In this document: piece by piece, positions 29,565 to 39,021 of the stretch
Layout of the letters: each line of letters starts with the position of its first letter
Position numbering within the stretch: the first letter of the stretch is position 1
DNA from: Candidatus Heimdallarchaeum aukensis
GTDB taxonomy: Archaea; Asgardarchaeota; Heimdallarchaeia; Heimdallarchaeales; Heimdallarchaeaceae
Length of the DNA: 64,000 nt
Direction of reading: 5' to 3'
Assembly (NCBI GenBank): GCA_021513695.1
Contig: CP084166.1
Span: forward strand, 1,728,001 to 1,792,000
Made by a program: the position numbers and the translations under genes
The notes under the pieces: generated by a model
Told to the model about the DNA's origin: nothing
Databases searched by the model: none
Seen by the model: the letters and a program-made list of their open reading frames with translations, nothing else

Positions 29565-30398
29565 TCACTCATATTTTCTTTTAATTGCTGACAATACTCT
29601 TTCTTGCCAGTCAACTAGCTTTTCAGCGAGCTCTTTATGTAAATCGGGGTGTAAGGGGGCATCAGCTTTAAGTTTATCTATTTTTTTCAACCAACTATTA
29701 ATTTCATACAACATTGGGCTCATGCCCACGCTCGTTTCTACTTCATCACGCAACTCTTCAAGGTACTTTAGAACAGAGCTAGATATGGATTGTGGACTTA
29801 TCATTTGAGATATGTGTTTAAACTTATTCTTTATTGCGTCCATTGCAACTTGTGCATCAGCAGCAGCAGTAGAGATAACAGGTTCTTCTGCTATTCCGGG
29901 TGAGGTATATTCTGTACTAGTTTCTTTTTGGGGAGCATGTTCTTTTATCTCAAAATCATTGTTAAGTACTTCAGAACTAGATAAAGTAGTTGCAGGGGTA
30001 GGCTCTGAAGGAACTGGTTTAGGTTCAATCTTTTTAGAAATTTCTTGTTTTGATGCAACCTCAACTAATTTTTTATCAAGATTTGCAGTTAATTGCTCAA
30101 TCTTTGTTTCTAAAATTCCTAAAATATTTCGAATTGAAGGTATATCTGTAAGATATTGTAAATTTTCCAAGGAACCATTTGCTAATTTATCACTAACAAG
30201 AGAAAAAGTTTCGATCTTAGTTTTTATGTCATCAACTTTTGCATTCAATTCATTTAAATTAAATCCTGCTATTTGTTTCTCAAAATTTGATAATTGTTCA
30301 GAAAAATGACTTATTGTATTTTGAATTGCGTTTACAGATTCTGCTAGGGTGTTGATTGAATTAACTAATTCTACAAGTTTATTTTCAACATCACTCAT
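29565..30398 (-). CDS. hypothetical coiled-coil protein
   Basis: N-terminal ~120 aa heptad repeats, central P/S/T-rich linker, C-terminal helical region. Confidence 0.35.
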   Translation of the reverse strand: MSDVENKLVELVNSINTLAESVNAIQNTISHFSEQLSNFEKQIAGFNLNELNAKVDDIKTKIETFSLVSDKLANGSLENLQYLTDIPSIRNILGILETKIEQLTANLDKKLVEVASKQEISKKIEPKPVPSEPTPATTLSSSEVLNNDFEIKEHAPQKETSTEYTSPGIAEEPVISTAAADAQVAMDAIKNKFKHISQMISPQSISSSVLKYLEELRDEVETSVGMSPMLYEINSWLKKIDKLKADAPLHPDLHKELAEKLVDWQERVLSAIKRKYE

Positions 30399-30967
30399 TT
30401 AATTTCACTTACTTGATTTTAATATATATAACTATAAAAAATTTATTGCAAGAGTAATATTTATTTTTTTTAATAACGGTCTATATTCTCACTCGTTTTT
30501 ATAAGAAAATACTTTTTAGATTACAAAAAAAGGCGTAGATTCGATTAAATCTTATTTTTAGGAGAAGTCATAGCTTAAATAAAAATAGAAATAAAGATGA
30601 CTGATCATCTTTTTTGAAGTTCAAGCAGTATTAACAACAAGGCAGCAATTACACCTTTTTCATCACCAGCTAATTTTTTGAATTCATCACGCTCAAGCAT
30701 TTGAGCTACACTTCGCCATTGAATTAGAAGTTGAATAAGTTCTCTTTCCGACATAGCTATCAACGAAATAAATGTACAAATTAAATTGATAAGTTTTGTG
30801 TAAGAAAAAACAAAAAATTAAAAAGTCCTAACAGCTCACCAAAGCACAAAAAGCGTAAGATCTTGTGAATCGCTTTAAAAAATAAAAAAACAGAATTAAC
30901 ATAAAGGATAAAAATAAGAAAGATGTAAAAGAATTATTAATAGAGAAATTATCAAGGAAGAATCAAT

Positions 30968-31438
30968 ATGAGCTTGGATGAAGAAGAATTTTTTGCAAGA
31001 TTAGCTATTGAAGCAAATGAATTAAAACGTGAGCTTCCTACTTTTAAACCAGTTGATGGAGATATGACTCATTTACGTGGATTTATTTTTGGAACAGGAC
31101 TTTATGAAGGAGGAGTATTTGTTTTAGACATAATCATCCCTAGAGAATACCCATTTAAACCACCAAAAGTAGAATGTTTAACAAAAATTTTTCATCCTAA
31201 CTTCTTTAATAGAAGAATTTGTGTAGGGGTTTTAGGCGCAGATTGGACACCAGCAAATAACCTTGTTGATGTAATTGAGAGCATACGATTTTTGCTTGGT
31301 GAACCAAATCCTGACGATCCTTTAAATTCCACGGCAGCCAACTTAATGAAAAGAGATCTTAAAGCATTTGAACAAAAAGCCAGAGAATACGTGGAAAAAT
31401 ACGCATCATTTAGTCAAATACAAGAATATGGTTTATAA
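30968..31438 (+). CDS. Ubiquitin-conjugating enzyme E2 (UBC fold)
   Basis: HPN motif and active-site Cys: KIFHPNFFNRRICVGVL; downstream W..A..L..V..SI..LL.EPNPDDPLN pattern typical of UBC domain. Confidence 0.8.
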   Translation: MSLDEEEFFARLAIEANELKRELPTFKPVDGDMTHLRGFIFGTGLYEGGVFVLDIIIPREYPFKPPKVECLTKIFHPNFFNRRICVGVLGADWTPANNLVDVIESIRFLLGEPNPDDPLNSTAANLMKRDLKAFEQKAREYVEKYASFSQIQEYGL

Positions 31439-31736
31439 AAAAGATTTTTTTGTTCTTCTTTGAAAAACAGATTGGCGTACAAAAAATTGTACAAAAATCA
31501 AGTTGATGTAGTAGACTATTGAGAGCTTGAATAAAGATATCAATTATTTTTTTAATCTACTTACACAAATAAAAAAGTATTTTCAACAACTTGTTTTTCT
31601 TAAATATCCACTGTAATACGTGTGTGTTGTTTCTAATGTTACTTATTTTAAATTGTGTTAAGTACTAAGGTAGTATGAACAACTGTGTTCATAAAATAAT
31701 ATATCGTACAAATAAACTAGTTTAGGAAGTGAAAAA

Positions 31737-32345
31737 TTGAACCTTGATCAAGTAAAAGGAGTAATTGAGATTGCAGGAGTGAAGTTTAGTGCAGCTCAAT
31801 TAATAGAAAGTTTAGTAGATCAAGGTTTTTCAGTTTCTTTTATTAACGGGAATTTACGTGTTGGGCAAAGATTCTTAAAACCAGAAGTTTTTATTGACGA
31901 AGAATATAAAACGTGCCCAATTATTGATATATGTAAAAAGTATGATGAAATTATTAAGGATGCAAAAAGAAAAATTCAATTTCCCCAATATATCAACAAT
32001 AAGGAGTTAATTGAAAAATCTGCATGTAGGTCTGAGAACTATAAGCAAGGTACAATAATAAAAGATGAAATCTATGAGGATAATATTAACCTAGACGATG
32101 AAATTTTTGATTATCCACCGTTAAAGAAATCTTCATTTGGTTTTTCAGACAAAGAACAGGAAGCATCTCCTCTTACTTATAAGCAAGGTAAGACATTCAC
32201 TGAACCAAGAGAAATGATTGGAGTAGGAACTTTAACTTTTGGCCGTCCTTTATCATCAAATGGAACAACCTGCTCTAAATGTGGAGCAATTGTGAACGAA
32301 GGTTGGCAATATTGTGGAAAATGTGGAAGTTATATAGAAAGATAA
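31737..32345 (+). CDS. hypothetical protein with C-terminal zinc ribbon
   Basis: C-terminus CSKCGAIVNEGWQYCGKCGSY (CxxC-x9-CxxC). Confidence 0.3.
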   Translation: MNLDQVKGVIEIAGVKFSAAQLIESLVDQGFSVSFINGNLRVGQRFLKPEVFIDEEYKTCPIIDICKKYDEIIKDAKRKIQFPQYINNKELIEKSACRSENYKQGTIIKDEIYEDNINLDDEIFDYPPLKKSSFGFSDKEQEASPLTYKQGKTFTEPREMIGVGTLTFGRPLSSNGTTCSKCGAIVNEGWQYCGKCGSYIER

Positions 32346-32357
32346 GATCTATCTTAA

Positions 32358-33653
32358 TTATTCTGCATCCACACAACCTTCAGGAGTAATGGCGAAGATA
32401 GCCTCTGATTCTGGTAAAACAGGAGAGTCATAGACTCGAATGATTCTCTTTTCCCCCTTGCTTTTTCTTAGATAAAACCTTGTTGTAGCCCAGTGACCCA
32501 TAATGTTTCCTCCTATTGCTTGAGTTGGATCACCAAAAAAAGCTCCAGGATTTGATTGTACTTGATTCGTTATAACCACTGCAACATTATATGTGTCAGC
32601 TATTCTTCCTAGAATTCCTAAGTGGTAGTTCATAGTTTGCTGTCTTTCTGCTAATGTTCCTCTTCCTGCATATTCTGCTCGAAAGTGTGCTGTTGCAGAG
32701 TCAACAACCACAAGTCCATATTCATCTTTTTGGTTGAAAAACAGCTCTAACAGTCTTTCTGATAAAGTCATTTGATGGTCAGAATTATATGCCCTTGCAT
32801 AACTAATATCCTTTAACACATCTTCGAAAGATTTTTTCCATCCTAATTCTCTTTGAAAACGTTCATGGATTGCTTTTATTCTACTTGGCGAGAAGGTTCC
32901 TTCTGTATCAATAAACACCGCTTTCTTTCCAGCTCCTCCTAATTCAACTGGTAGTTGTACAGTAACGCAAAGTTGGTGACAAAGTTGAGATTTTCCTGAC
33001 CTAAATGGCCCAAAAAGTTCTATGGTTTCACCAAGTCTTACACCAGAAACCCCGAGTTCATCAATCGTAGTTAATGCATCAATGTTTTTTACACCATACG
33101 TAAAACTAAGAATAGATTTTTGCTTTTCTAAGACATCCAAAGCGTTAACAAACTCTATTCCTCCACGAAGTTCTTTTAACGCCTCTTTATATTTTTGTGC
33201 TGCAACAGCAGTTATACCATATTTTTCTTCTAATTCTCTAATTGGAGTTGTTTCTATTAAGTAGACATTAAGTCCTTTTTCTCTTAATGTTTCAGCAGTT
33301 TTTCCACCAATACCTGGTATGTCCTCTAAGTTTATTTCTTCTTTAAAATACTTATATTTAGGAACCATTTTCTTGATAGCTTCACGAATCTTTTTAGCTG
33401 TAGCTCTTTTTACACCCATAGATTGAAGTTCAAGAAGACTTGTTGTCATTATCTGATCGACATTTGTTATATTATTTTCTTCAAGAATCTTTGCTGTCTT
33501 ATCTCCAAGTCCAGGGATATCTTTTAGTGAAATACTTTCTATATCCACAAAAGATTCATCATTTTCTTTTTTTTCGTCAATAGATTCCTCATAGAACTCT
33601 TCAGCTTCCTTTACAAGATCTTCATTTTCATCTTTCTTACTCATATTTTGCAC
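32358..33653 (-). CDS. radA: DNA repair and recombination protein RadA (Rad51/RecA family) with extended N-terminus
   Basis: Walker A GPFRSGKSQLCHQL, Walker B VVVDS; N-terminal acidic tail plus two HhH-containing segments (IPGLGDKTAKIL..., IPGIGGKTAETL...). Confidence 0.85.
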   Translation of the reverse strand: MQNMSKKDENEDLVKEAEEFYEESIDEKKENDESFVDIESISLKDIPGLGDKTAKILEENNITNVDQIMTTSLLELQSMGVKRATAKKIREAIKKMVPKYKYFKEEINLEDIPGIGGKTAETLREKGLNVYLIETTPIRELEEKYGITAVAAQKYKEALKELRGGIEFVNALDVLEKQKSILSFTYGVKNIDALTTIDELGVSGVRLGETIELFGPFRSGKSQLCHQLCVTVQLPVELGGAGKKAVFIDTEGTFSPSRIKAIHERFQRELGWKKSFEDVLKDISYARAYNSDHQMTLSERLLELFFNQKDEYGLVVVDSATAHFRAEYAGRGTLAERQQTMNYHLGILGRIADTYNVAVVITNQVQSNPGAFFGDPTQAIGGNIMGHWATTRFYLRKSKGEKRIIRVYDSPVLPESEAIFAITPEGCVDAE

Positions 33654-33728
33654 CGATAACTCAATAAATTACCTTAACTAACATAGATAGATTAAGCTAT
33701 ATAAAGTTAGTATTTTTTTAAAAATTTT

Positions 33729-34235
33729 TTAATAGTCTACTCCCTTTCTTGCAGAAATTCCTTGCTGAAAGGGGTGCGCAATTTCTTTAATTACTAAGTC
33801 CAGATCTACGTCCTTGAAATCCCTAGATGCTAACCTCCCAGTAATAATTATTTTTTCATTTATTTTCTCAATTAATGAATAAATATCTTCAATTTGTATA
33901 AGATTATAATATAACGCAAATCCTAACTCATCGAGAATTAACACATCACTTTCTGTATCTTTAATAGAATCTTTTACAATAGATAGTTGCTCTTTAATGA
34001 ATTCTCTAAACTCGTTTTCATTTTTCTGTGGAATAAAGAACGTTTCTTTTCCTATAGTGAACCAATTAACATTAAATTTCTCTGTAATATATTTACACTC
34101 CCCACACTCTTTTCCTGTTTTCAAGAATTGAATTACTGTTACCTTTTTATTATCTATCAGGGATTTAATTATTTTACCAACAGCATTTGTTGTCTTTCCT
34201 CTACCTGTTCCCCTGATAATTTCGATTTGCACCAT
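33729..34235 (-). CDS. cobO: ATP:cob(I)alamin adenosyltransferase (CobO/CobA/BtuR family)
   Basis: IEIIRGTGRGKTTNAVGKIIKSLIDNKKVTVIQFLKTG...GE matches hVYTGnGKGKTTAA.G...RA.G.G..V.VVQF.KG...GE; LILDELGFAL and IITGR motifs. Confidence 0.75.
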   Translation of the reverse strand: MVQIEIIRGTGRGKTTNAVGKIIKSLIDNKKVTVIQFLKTGKECGECKYITEKFNVNWFTIGKETFFIPQKNENEFREFIKEQLSIVKDSIKDTESDVLILDELGFALYYNLIQIEDIYSLIEKINEKIIITGRLASRDFKDVDLDLVIKEIAHPFQQGISARKGVDY

Positions 34236-34426
34236 AAAAAAAGAAATTAAATGAATATATATTAAGATTATCAGATGATTTATTTTTCACATATTGATAA
34301 AACAAGTATCCCCATTTCAAATAAAATGAAAATAAATTTGATTCTATTATTTATTAACCCAAAACTTTTTTACAGATTTTTAACAAACTTGTACCATAAA
34401 GTAGCTTCATTCAAAATAATATAAAA

Positions 34427-35437
34427 GTGGTTACCGTGTCAGAAATAGTACAACAAATAATTGATTCTGGTGCAATTTATCTAGTTAATCCAGCTTTAAT
34501 TCAAACAACAGTAGATGACTTTTTAGATAAATATGGACATTTATTAGATGTAATTGGTTTATATGCAAAGGGGAGTAATGGTTTCACTTTTTTCCCCAGT
34601 AATAATGCCCCAAAACATCCAAATTTAAGTATTTATTTCCATTCCTTCTGCACTATTGCAGATAATATGGGAATAAAAGTTGATGCCTTTAGTCATGTAC
34701 ATCGAGATAGTTTTTTGGTTCAAAATGCAGATTTCAGGGAACAAAGTAGTGATGGAGAGAAAATTGATTTGTTCGCATGTCCAAGTCATCCTTACATTAA
34801 TCAGTATAACTCTGCCATTGTTTCAGAAATCGTACAATATCCAGTTAATAAACTAGTTTTGGATAATATTTTATTTGCAAATTTAAAAGCATGTTTCTGC
34901 GATAGATGTAGAAGGTTATTTGCACAAAAATGGAATATTGAACGAGATTTCAGTTATGATTTCTTAAAATCAAGAGATTTTTATGATAATTGGGTTGAGT
35001 TTAGAACAACACTAATAGAAAATACACTAAGAGAGATTACAGATTCAATGAAACAGATCAAGAATGTTGATTTGGCATTTGTCATCAAGGCAGATAAAGA
35101 AACTAGCTATTTAACAGGAACAGAGGAGAATTTTGGACAGAATATAGCAAATATGCTTAAAATTACAAATAACATAATAACCCATGTTAATCCTTGGACA
35201 GAGATTCCCTCAGCTGGCAGTGAAGACTTCCAAAATCTTGTTAATGCCCTTTCACCACTTTTAGAACTATCAAAAACAGGAGTTGAACATTCATTGCTTT
35301 TCTGGGGTGTTAATGACAAAGAAAAATTAGATCTTGTTTTAAAGTTAAGCGAAGATTTGAACCCAAACAATATCTACATCCAAGATATAAAGCCAACAGA
35401 CTTCACAAAGTTAAGGCAAATTAATTTAGGTTTTTAA
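34427..35437 (+). CDS. hypothetical protein
   Basis: 336 aa ORF; Cys pair CFCDRCRR; first gene of a tightly packed three-gene unit. Confidence 0.3.
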   Translation: MVTVSEIVQQIIDSGAIYLVNPALIQTTVDDFLDKYGHLLDVIGLYAKGSNGFTFFPSNNAPKHPNLSIYFHSFCTIADNMGIKVDAFSHVHRDSFLVQNADFREQSSDGEKIDLFACPSHPYINQYNSAIVSEIVQYPVNKLVLDNILFANLKACFCDRCRRLFAQKWNIERDFSYDFLKSRDFYDNWVEFRTTLIENTLREITDSMKQIKNVDLAFVIKADKETSYLTGTEENFGQNIANMLKITNNIITHVNPWTEIPSAGSEDFQNLVNALSPLLELSKTGVEHSLLFWGVNDKEKLDLVLKLSEDLNPNNIYIQDIKPTDFTKLRQINLGF

Positions 35438-35438
35438 A

Positions 35439-36881
35439 ATGAAGGGGATCGAAGACGCAGTCGAAGAAATAAAACAAATGTTCTGGGGAGTTTTAAAGGG
35501 AAGTTACAGCCCTGAGGAAGAAGAAGATGTAAAAGTAAGACTTATTACTGCTTTATCAAGTTTAACTGCATTTGCAAAATCTTTTTTGCCAGAAGAACAA
35601 CAGCAAGAATATGAAGAACAATTTTCTCAAGCACGTAACATTTTACAGCGGTTTGATTCAGCTGGCCCTTGGTTCAGAGAGCTTCCAGAGATGATTGATG
35701 CAGTGTACAATATTCTTACCTATGCAAATGTATTGCAGATAGAAGTACAGCGATATAAAGACATGAATAATGATGCGCTACAATACTATAACATAAAACT
35801 TGAAAAAATAGAAATGAAGTTAAATTCACTTGAAAATGAACTTAGAAAAATAAAAACTTATGTTAAAGAGAGGATTACCAAAGAAGATTTGGTTAAAGAA
35901 AGCGAAATAATTGAAATTGAAGAAAAAGAAGAAAAACTTCTTCAAACTCAAGAGATTTTAGGCGAAGAGACTAAACTTGAAACTGTTGAAAGAGCAGAAG
36001 ACTTAGAAGAAGCACTTGAATTAGTAAAAGAAGAACCAGAGCTGTTACAGGTTGATGAAGCCGTTGAGATGGAAGAACCAGAAACAGTAGATGAAACTGT
36101 AATGTCTAAATTAGAGGATATTACAACTGAAGATATTAGTAGCATACCTAAAGATATTTCTAAAGAAGACATAAATTTAATTGAAGGAATCGAACTAGCC
36201 TCAAAACTTGAAGAAGATCACATCCCTATAAAGGAGAGTTTAGAAACAGAAAGTGAAAGTCTGCAAAAACTTGCAAATTTACTTCAAGCTCTTGATCCAG
36301 GCGACGATCTAGTTCTTTCACCATTAACTCAAAAACTATTAGAGCTAAGTGGTGATGAAGGAAAAGCTGAGATAGCAGCAGAAAAAAAGCAAGAATTTCA
36401 AATTGATGTGCAAGAGCAAACTGGCACTGAAGTAGCGAAAGAAGCTGAAATGAAAGATGCTAGTGTTCCTTCGTCAGTTGATAGATTAAGTGACATTTTG
36501 GCTTCACCTGACAAAATACAAGATGCAGCAACATTCATTTCAGCAATCCGTGACACTATTGATCAAGTAGCAAAACAAACTGATGATGATTCAACATCTA
36601 CCCCCTTAACTAAAATAATTGAAGCAGAAACTGGTCAAACAGATGAAACACCTTTAAGCATTGCTGATATTGAGAATATTATTAGCCATTTAGAAAACAA
36701 AAGAGAAAACGCAATAGAACGGGTAAAGAAACTCGAAAAAATAATTGCTACAGAAAAAATGGATGAAGCAGAATGGCAAGATTTAATGATAAGTGCACAA
36801 CAACACCTCCTACGAATAGAAGATACTCTTGATGGTTACAAAAGGGTATTAAACAAATTAAGAATGCAATTAGAAAAATGA
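35439..36881 (+). CDS. acidic coiled-coil protein (hypothetical)
   Basis: 480 aa, E/D-rich, long predicted helical/coiled-coil segments; starts 1 nt after upstream stop. Confidence 0.35.
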   Translation: MKGIEDAVEEIKQMFWGVLKGSYSPEEEEDVKVRLITALSSLTAFAKSFLPEEQQQEYEEQFSQARNILQRFDSAGPWFRELPEMIDAVYNILTYANVLQIEVQRYKDMNNDALQYYNIKLEKIEMKLNSLENELRKIKTYVKERITKEDLVKESEIIEIEEKEEKLLQTQEILGEETKLETVERAEDLEEALELVKEEPELLQVDEAVEMEEPETVDETVMSKLEDITTEDISSIPKDISKEDINLIEGIELASKLEEDHIPIKESLETESESLQKLANLLQALDPGDDLVLSPLTQKLLELSGDEGKAEIAAEKKQEFQIDVQEQTGTEVAKEAEMKDASVPSSVDRLSDILASPDKIQDAATFISAIRDTIDQVAKQTDDDSTSTPLTKIIEAETGQTDETPLSIADIENIISHLENKRENAIERVKKLEKIIATEKMDEAEWQDLMISAQQHLLRIEDTLDGYKRVLNKLRMQLEK

Positions 36882-37303
36882 GAAAAATGGTCAATTTTGT
36901 TCATTTTTATTTTGGAGATGCTGATGAAACCTTTTATACAGGAATAGGAACCGCAATTAGAGCTTTAGGACATGGAAAAAAGGTTCAAGTTATTTTAACA
37001 GATAAAAAATTCTATTGGGTAGAAAAAATCTCTACAGAAACAGATGATTTTAGAATTTTTAAGCTGAAAACTAAGAACGACATTAATTTCTTGAAGGAAA
37101 TTATAAACTCCTCAGAACAAGAGTTAATATTGATTTCAGATATCGATCTTCTTATTCAAAATAATTGGATTACAGCAGAGCATTTGAAAGATATTGTGTT
37201 AAAACTAAAAGAAAAGAAGGAAGTAATTATTACAAGTATGTCTTTCTATAAATCGATAGCAAATATCGCAGACTATTGCTCTCATTTTTCAAAAGAGGGA
37301 TAA
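36878..37303 (+). CDS. CobO/BtuR-like protein with degenerate P-loop (predicted pseudo-enzyme)
   Basis: VHFYFGDADETFYTGIGTAIRALGHGKKVQVILT parallels CobO hVYTGnGKGKTTAA.G.A.RA.GHG..V.V.QF but GKGKT is replaced by DADETF; LILISDIDLL ~ LVILDEI; overlaps upstream stop by 4 nt. Confidence 0.4.
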   Translation: MRKMVNFVHFYFGDADETFYTGIGTAIRALGHGKKVQVILTDKKFYWVEKISTETDDFRIFKLKTKNDINFLKEIINSSEQELILISDIDLLIQNNWITAEHLKDIVLKLKEKKEVIITSMSFYKSIANIADYCSHFSKEG

Positions 37304-37486
37304 TAAGCAAGTCTAATTTTACTTTTTACAACAAAATAATCTTTAACAAAAAAGCAATTTTTTGATTTTTCTCTTCTACGATTATTTTCGTATATAACAA
37401 GGAGCTTATTATCCACTTTATTCTTCCTATTTCGTGTTTTTTAGAATCTTAGATAGTTTTTTATATTTTCATCAAAAAGAATAGCC

Positions 37487-37921
37487 ATGCAATTCAAGAT
37501 CGATTCTTCTAAAGGACTGCATTTTGTAAAATTAGAACCTGGAGAAGACATTCTCCCTGAACTTAAGAGATATTGTCAACAACACAATATAAAATCTGGT
37601 TTTATTCAAGGAATAGGCGCAGTAAAAGAGGCGACTCTTGGTTATTTTGATCTAGAAACAAAACAATATCTAAGAAATAATATGAAAATCAATGCTGAAA
37701 TGTTAAGTTGCATAGGTAATATTTCCAAGAACAAAGAAACAAGTGAATATATTATTCATTGTCATATCATTTTAGGAGATAATGAATTTAGAGTCATTGG
37801 TGGACATCTCTTCGAAAACACAATAATATCAGTTACAGGAGAATTCATTATTACAGAATCAAAAGAAGAAATTTATCGTTCTCTTGATGAACAATTCAAT
37901 CTTTCACTTCTTGAACTATAA
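37487..37921 (+). CDS. PPC/DUF296 domain protein
   Basis: LEPGEDILPELKRYCQQHNIKSGFIQGIGAVKEATLGYFD...IHCHIILGD..FRVIGGHL matches DUF296 pattern. Confidence 0.6.
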   Translation: MQFKIDSSKGLHFVKLEPGEDILPELKRYCQQHNIKSGFIQGIGAVKEATLGYFDLETKQYLRNNMKINAEMLSCIGNISKNKETSEYIIHCHIILGDNEFRVIGGHLFENTIISVTGEFIITESKEEIYRSLDEQFNLSLLEL

Positions 37922-37964
37922 AAAAAGATAATAAAGTAATTTCAAAAATTTCTTTTTTTGAAAT

Positions 37965-38924
37965 TTAAAAATCTAAGTTGATTACTTCGTGCTTTTCTAT
38001 ACTTTTCATCGCAGAAACTGCAATATTTAGAGCTTTGATACCATCATCAGAGCTAACAGGAAGGGTTTCATTATTTAAACAAGCAGAGACGAATGCATTT
38101 AATTCTGCACTTAATGGCTCCTTCCAGGGGGTTTTACGTTTTTTAATAAATTCACCATCTTCAACAACAAATTCTTGGCTCATGAAATCTGCTTCAACAA
38201 TGCCATGTTCGCATGTCAACATTAATTTTCTGAACTTATGAGGAGTTAAATAATTACTTTCAATGAATCCTGTTACTCCATCTCCAAAATCTAGAAGTAT
38301 TTCTGCATAGTCATAATATCTGTGACGTAATTTTCCTCCACGAGCGTAAACAGCCACAGGATCTTTCCCAACCATATACCTAAAACCATCTATGTCATGG
38401 ATACTAACATCACGTACAACGTCAACATCCTTAAGTCTATCAGGCCAGTAAGGACCTAATCTTCGGGCACTAAGTAGAACAACATCACCTAGTTCTTTGT
38501 TTTCAATTAGTTTTCTTGATCTCTGTGTAACTGGATTAAAACGCTCAATAAAACCGACTCCTACTTTCCTCCCACTTTCTTTCTCTACTTCAATTACTTT
38601 CTTAGCTTCTTCAATAGTACTAGTCATTGGTTTTTCAATAAAAACATGTTTTCCAGCTTCAAGAGCTTTTATGGCTAATTCAGCATGTGTTGTTGTAGGA
38701 GACGCAATTGAGACCATTTCTATCTCTTCGTTTTTTAGCAAAGAATCTAAATCAGGAAATGTATTAACTTTATACTGTTTTGCTAATGCTTTTGCACGTT
38801 CTTCAGAAGCATCGTAAATACCCACCAAATTGGCTTTTTCGGATTCACTGTAAACTCGAACATGATTTTTTCCCCAACTCCCTGTTCCTATTACTGCAAC
38901 GCCTAATTTTTTCATAATAAACAC
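37965..38924 (-). CDS. Gfo/Idh/MocA-family NAD(P)-dependent oxidoreductase
   Basis: N-terminal Rossmann LGVAVIGTGSWGKNHV; EKP motif HVFIEKPM. Confidence 0.8.
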   Translation of the reverse strand: MFIMKKLGVAVIGTGSWGKNHVRVYSESEKANLVGIYDASEERAKALAKQYKVNTFPDLDSLLKNEEIEMVSIASPTTTHAELAIKALEAGKHVFIEKPMTSTIEEAKKVIEVEKESGRKVGVGFIERFNPVTQRSRKLIENKELGDVVLLSARRLGPYWPDRLKDVDVVRDVSIHDIDGFRYMVGKDPVAVYARGGKLRHRYYDYAEILLDFGDGVTGFIESNYLTPHKFRKLMLTCEHGIVEADFMSQEFVVEDGEFIKKRKTPWKEPLSAELNAFVSACLNNETLPVSSDDGIKALNIAVSAMKSIEKHEVINLDF

Positions 38925-39021
38925 TATTTACTTTTTTTGAGTTAAATAGAGTTAATTTGCTTATAAATATTTCTTTATGCATAAAATTAATACAAAAAAA
39001 GAATAGAAAGGTAATGTAAAA

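Noticed and set aside
30399-33653. Search for ubiquitin-like, E1, RING or JAMM genes next to the E2
   Set aside because: None of the neighbouring ORFs shows a beta-grasp with C-terminal GG, ThiF Rossmann motif, RING C3HC4 pattern or JAMM HxH motif. The E2 is therefore treated as orphan within this window.
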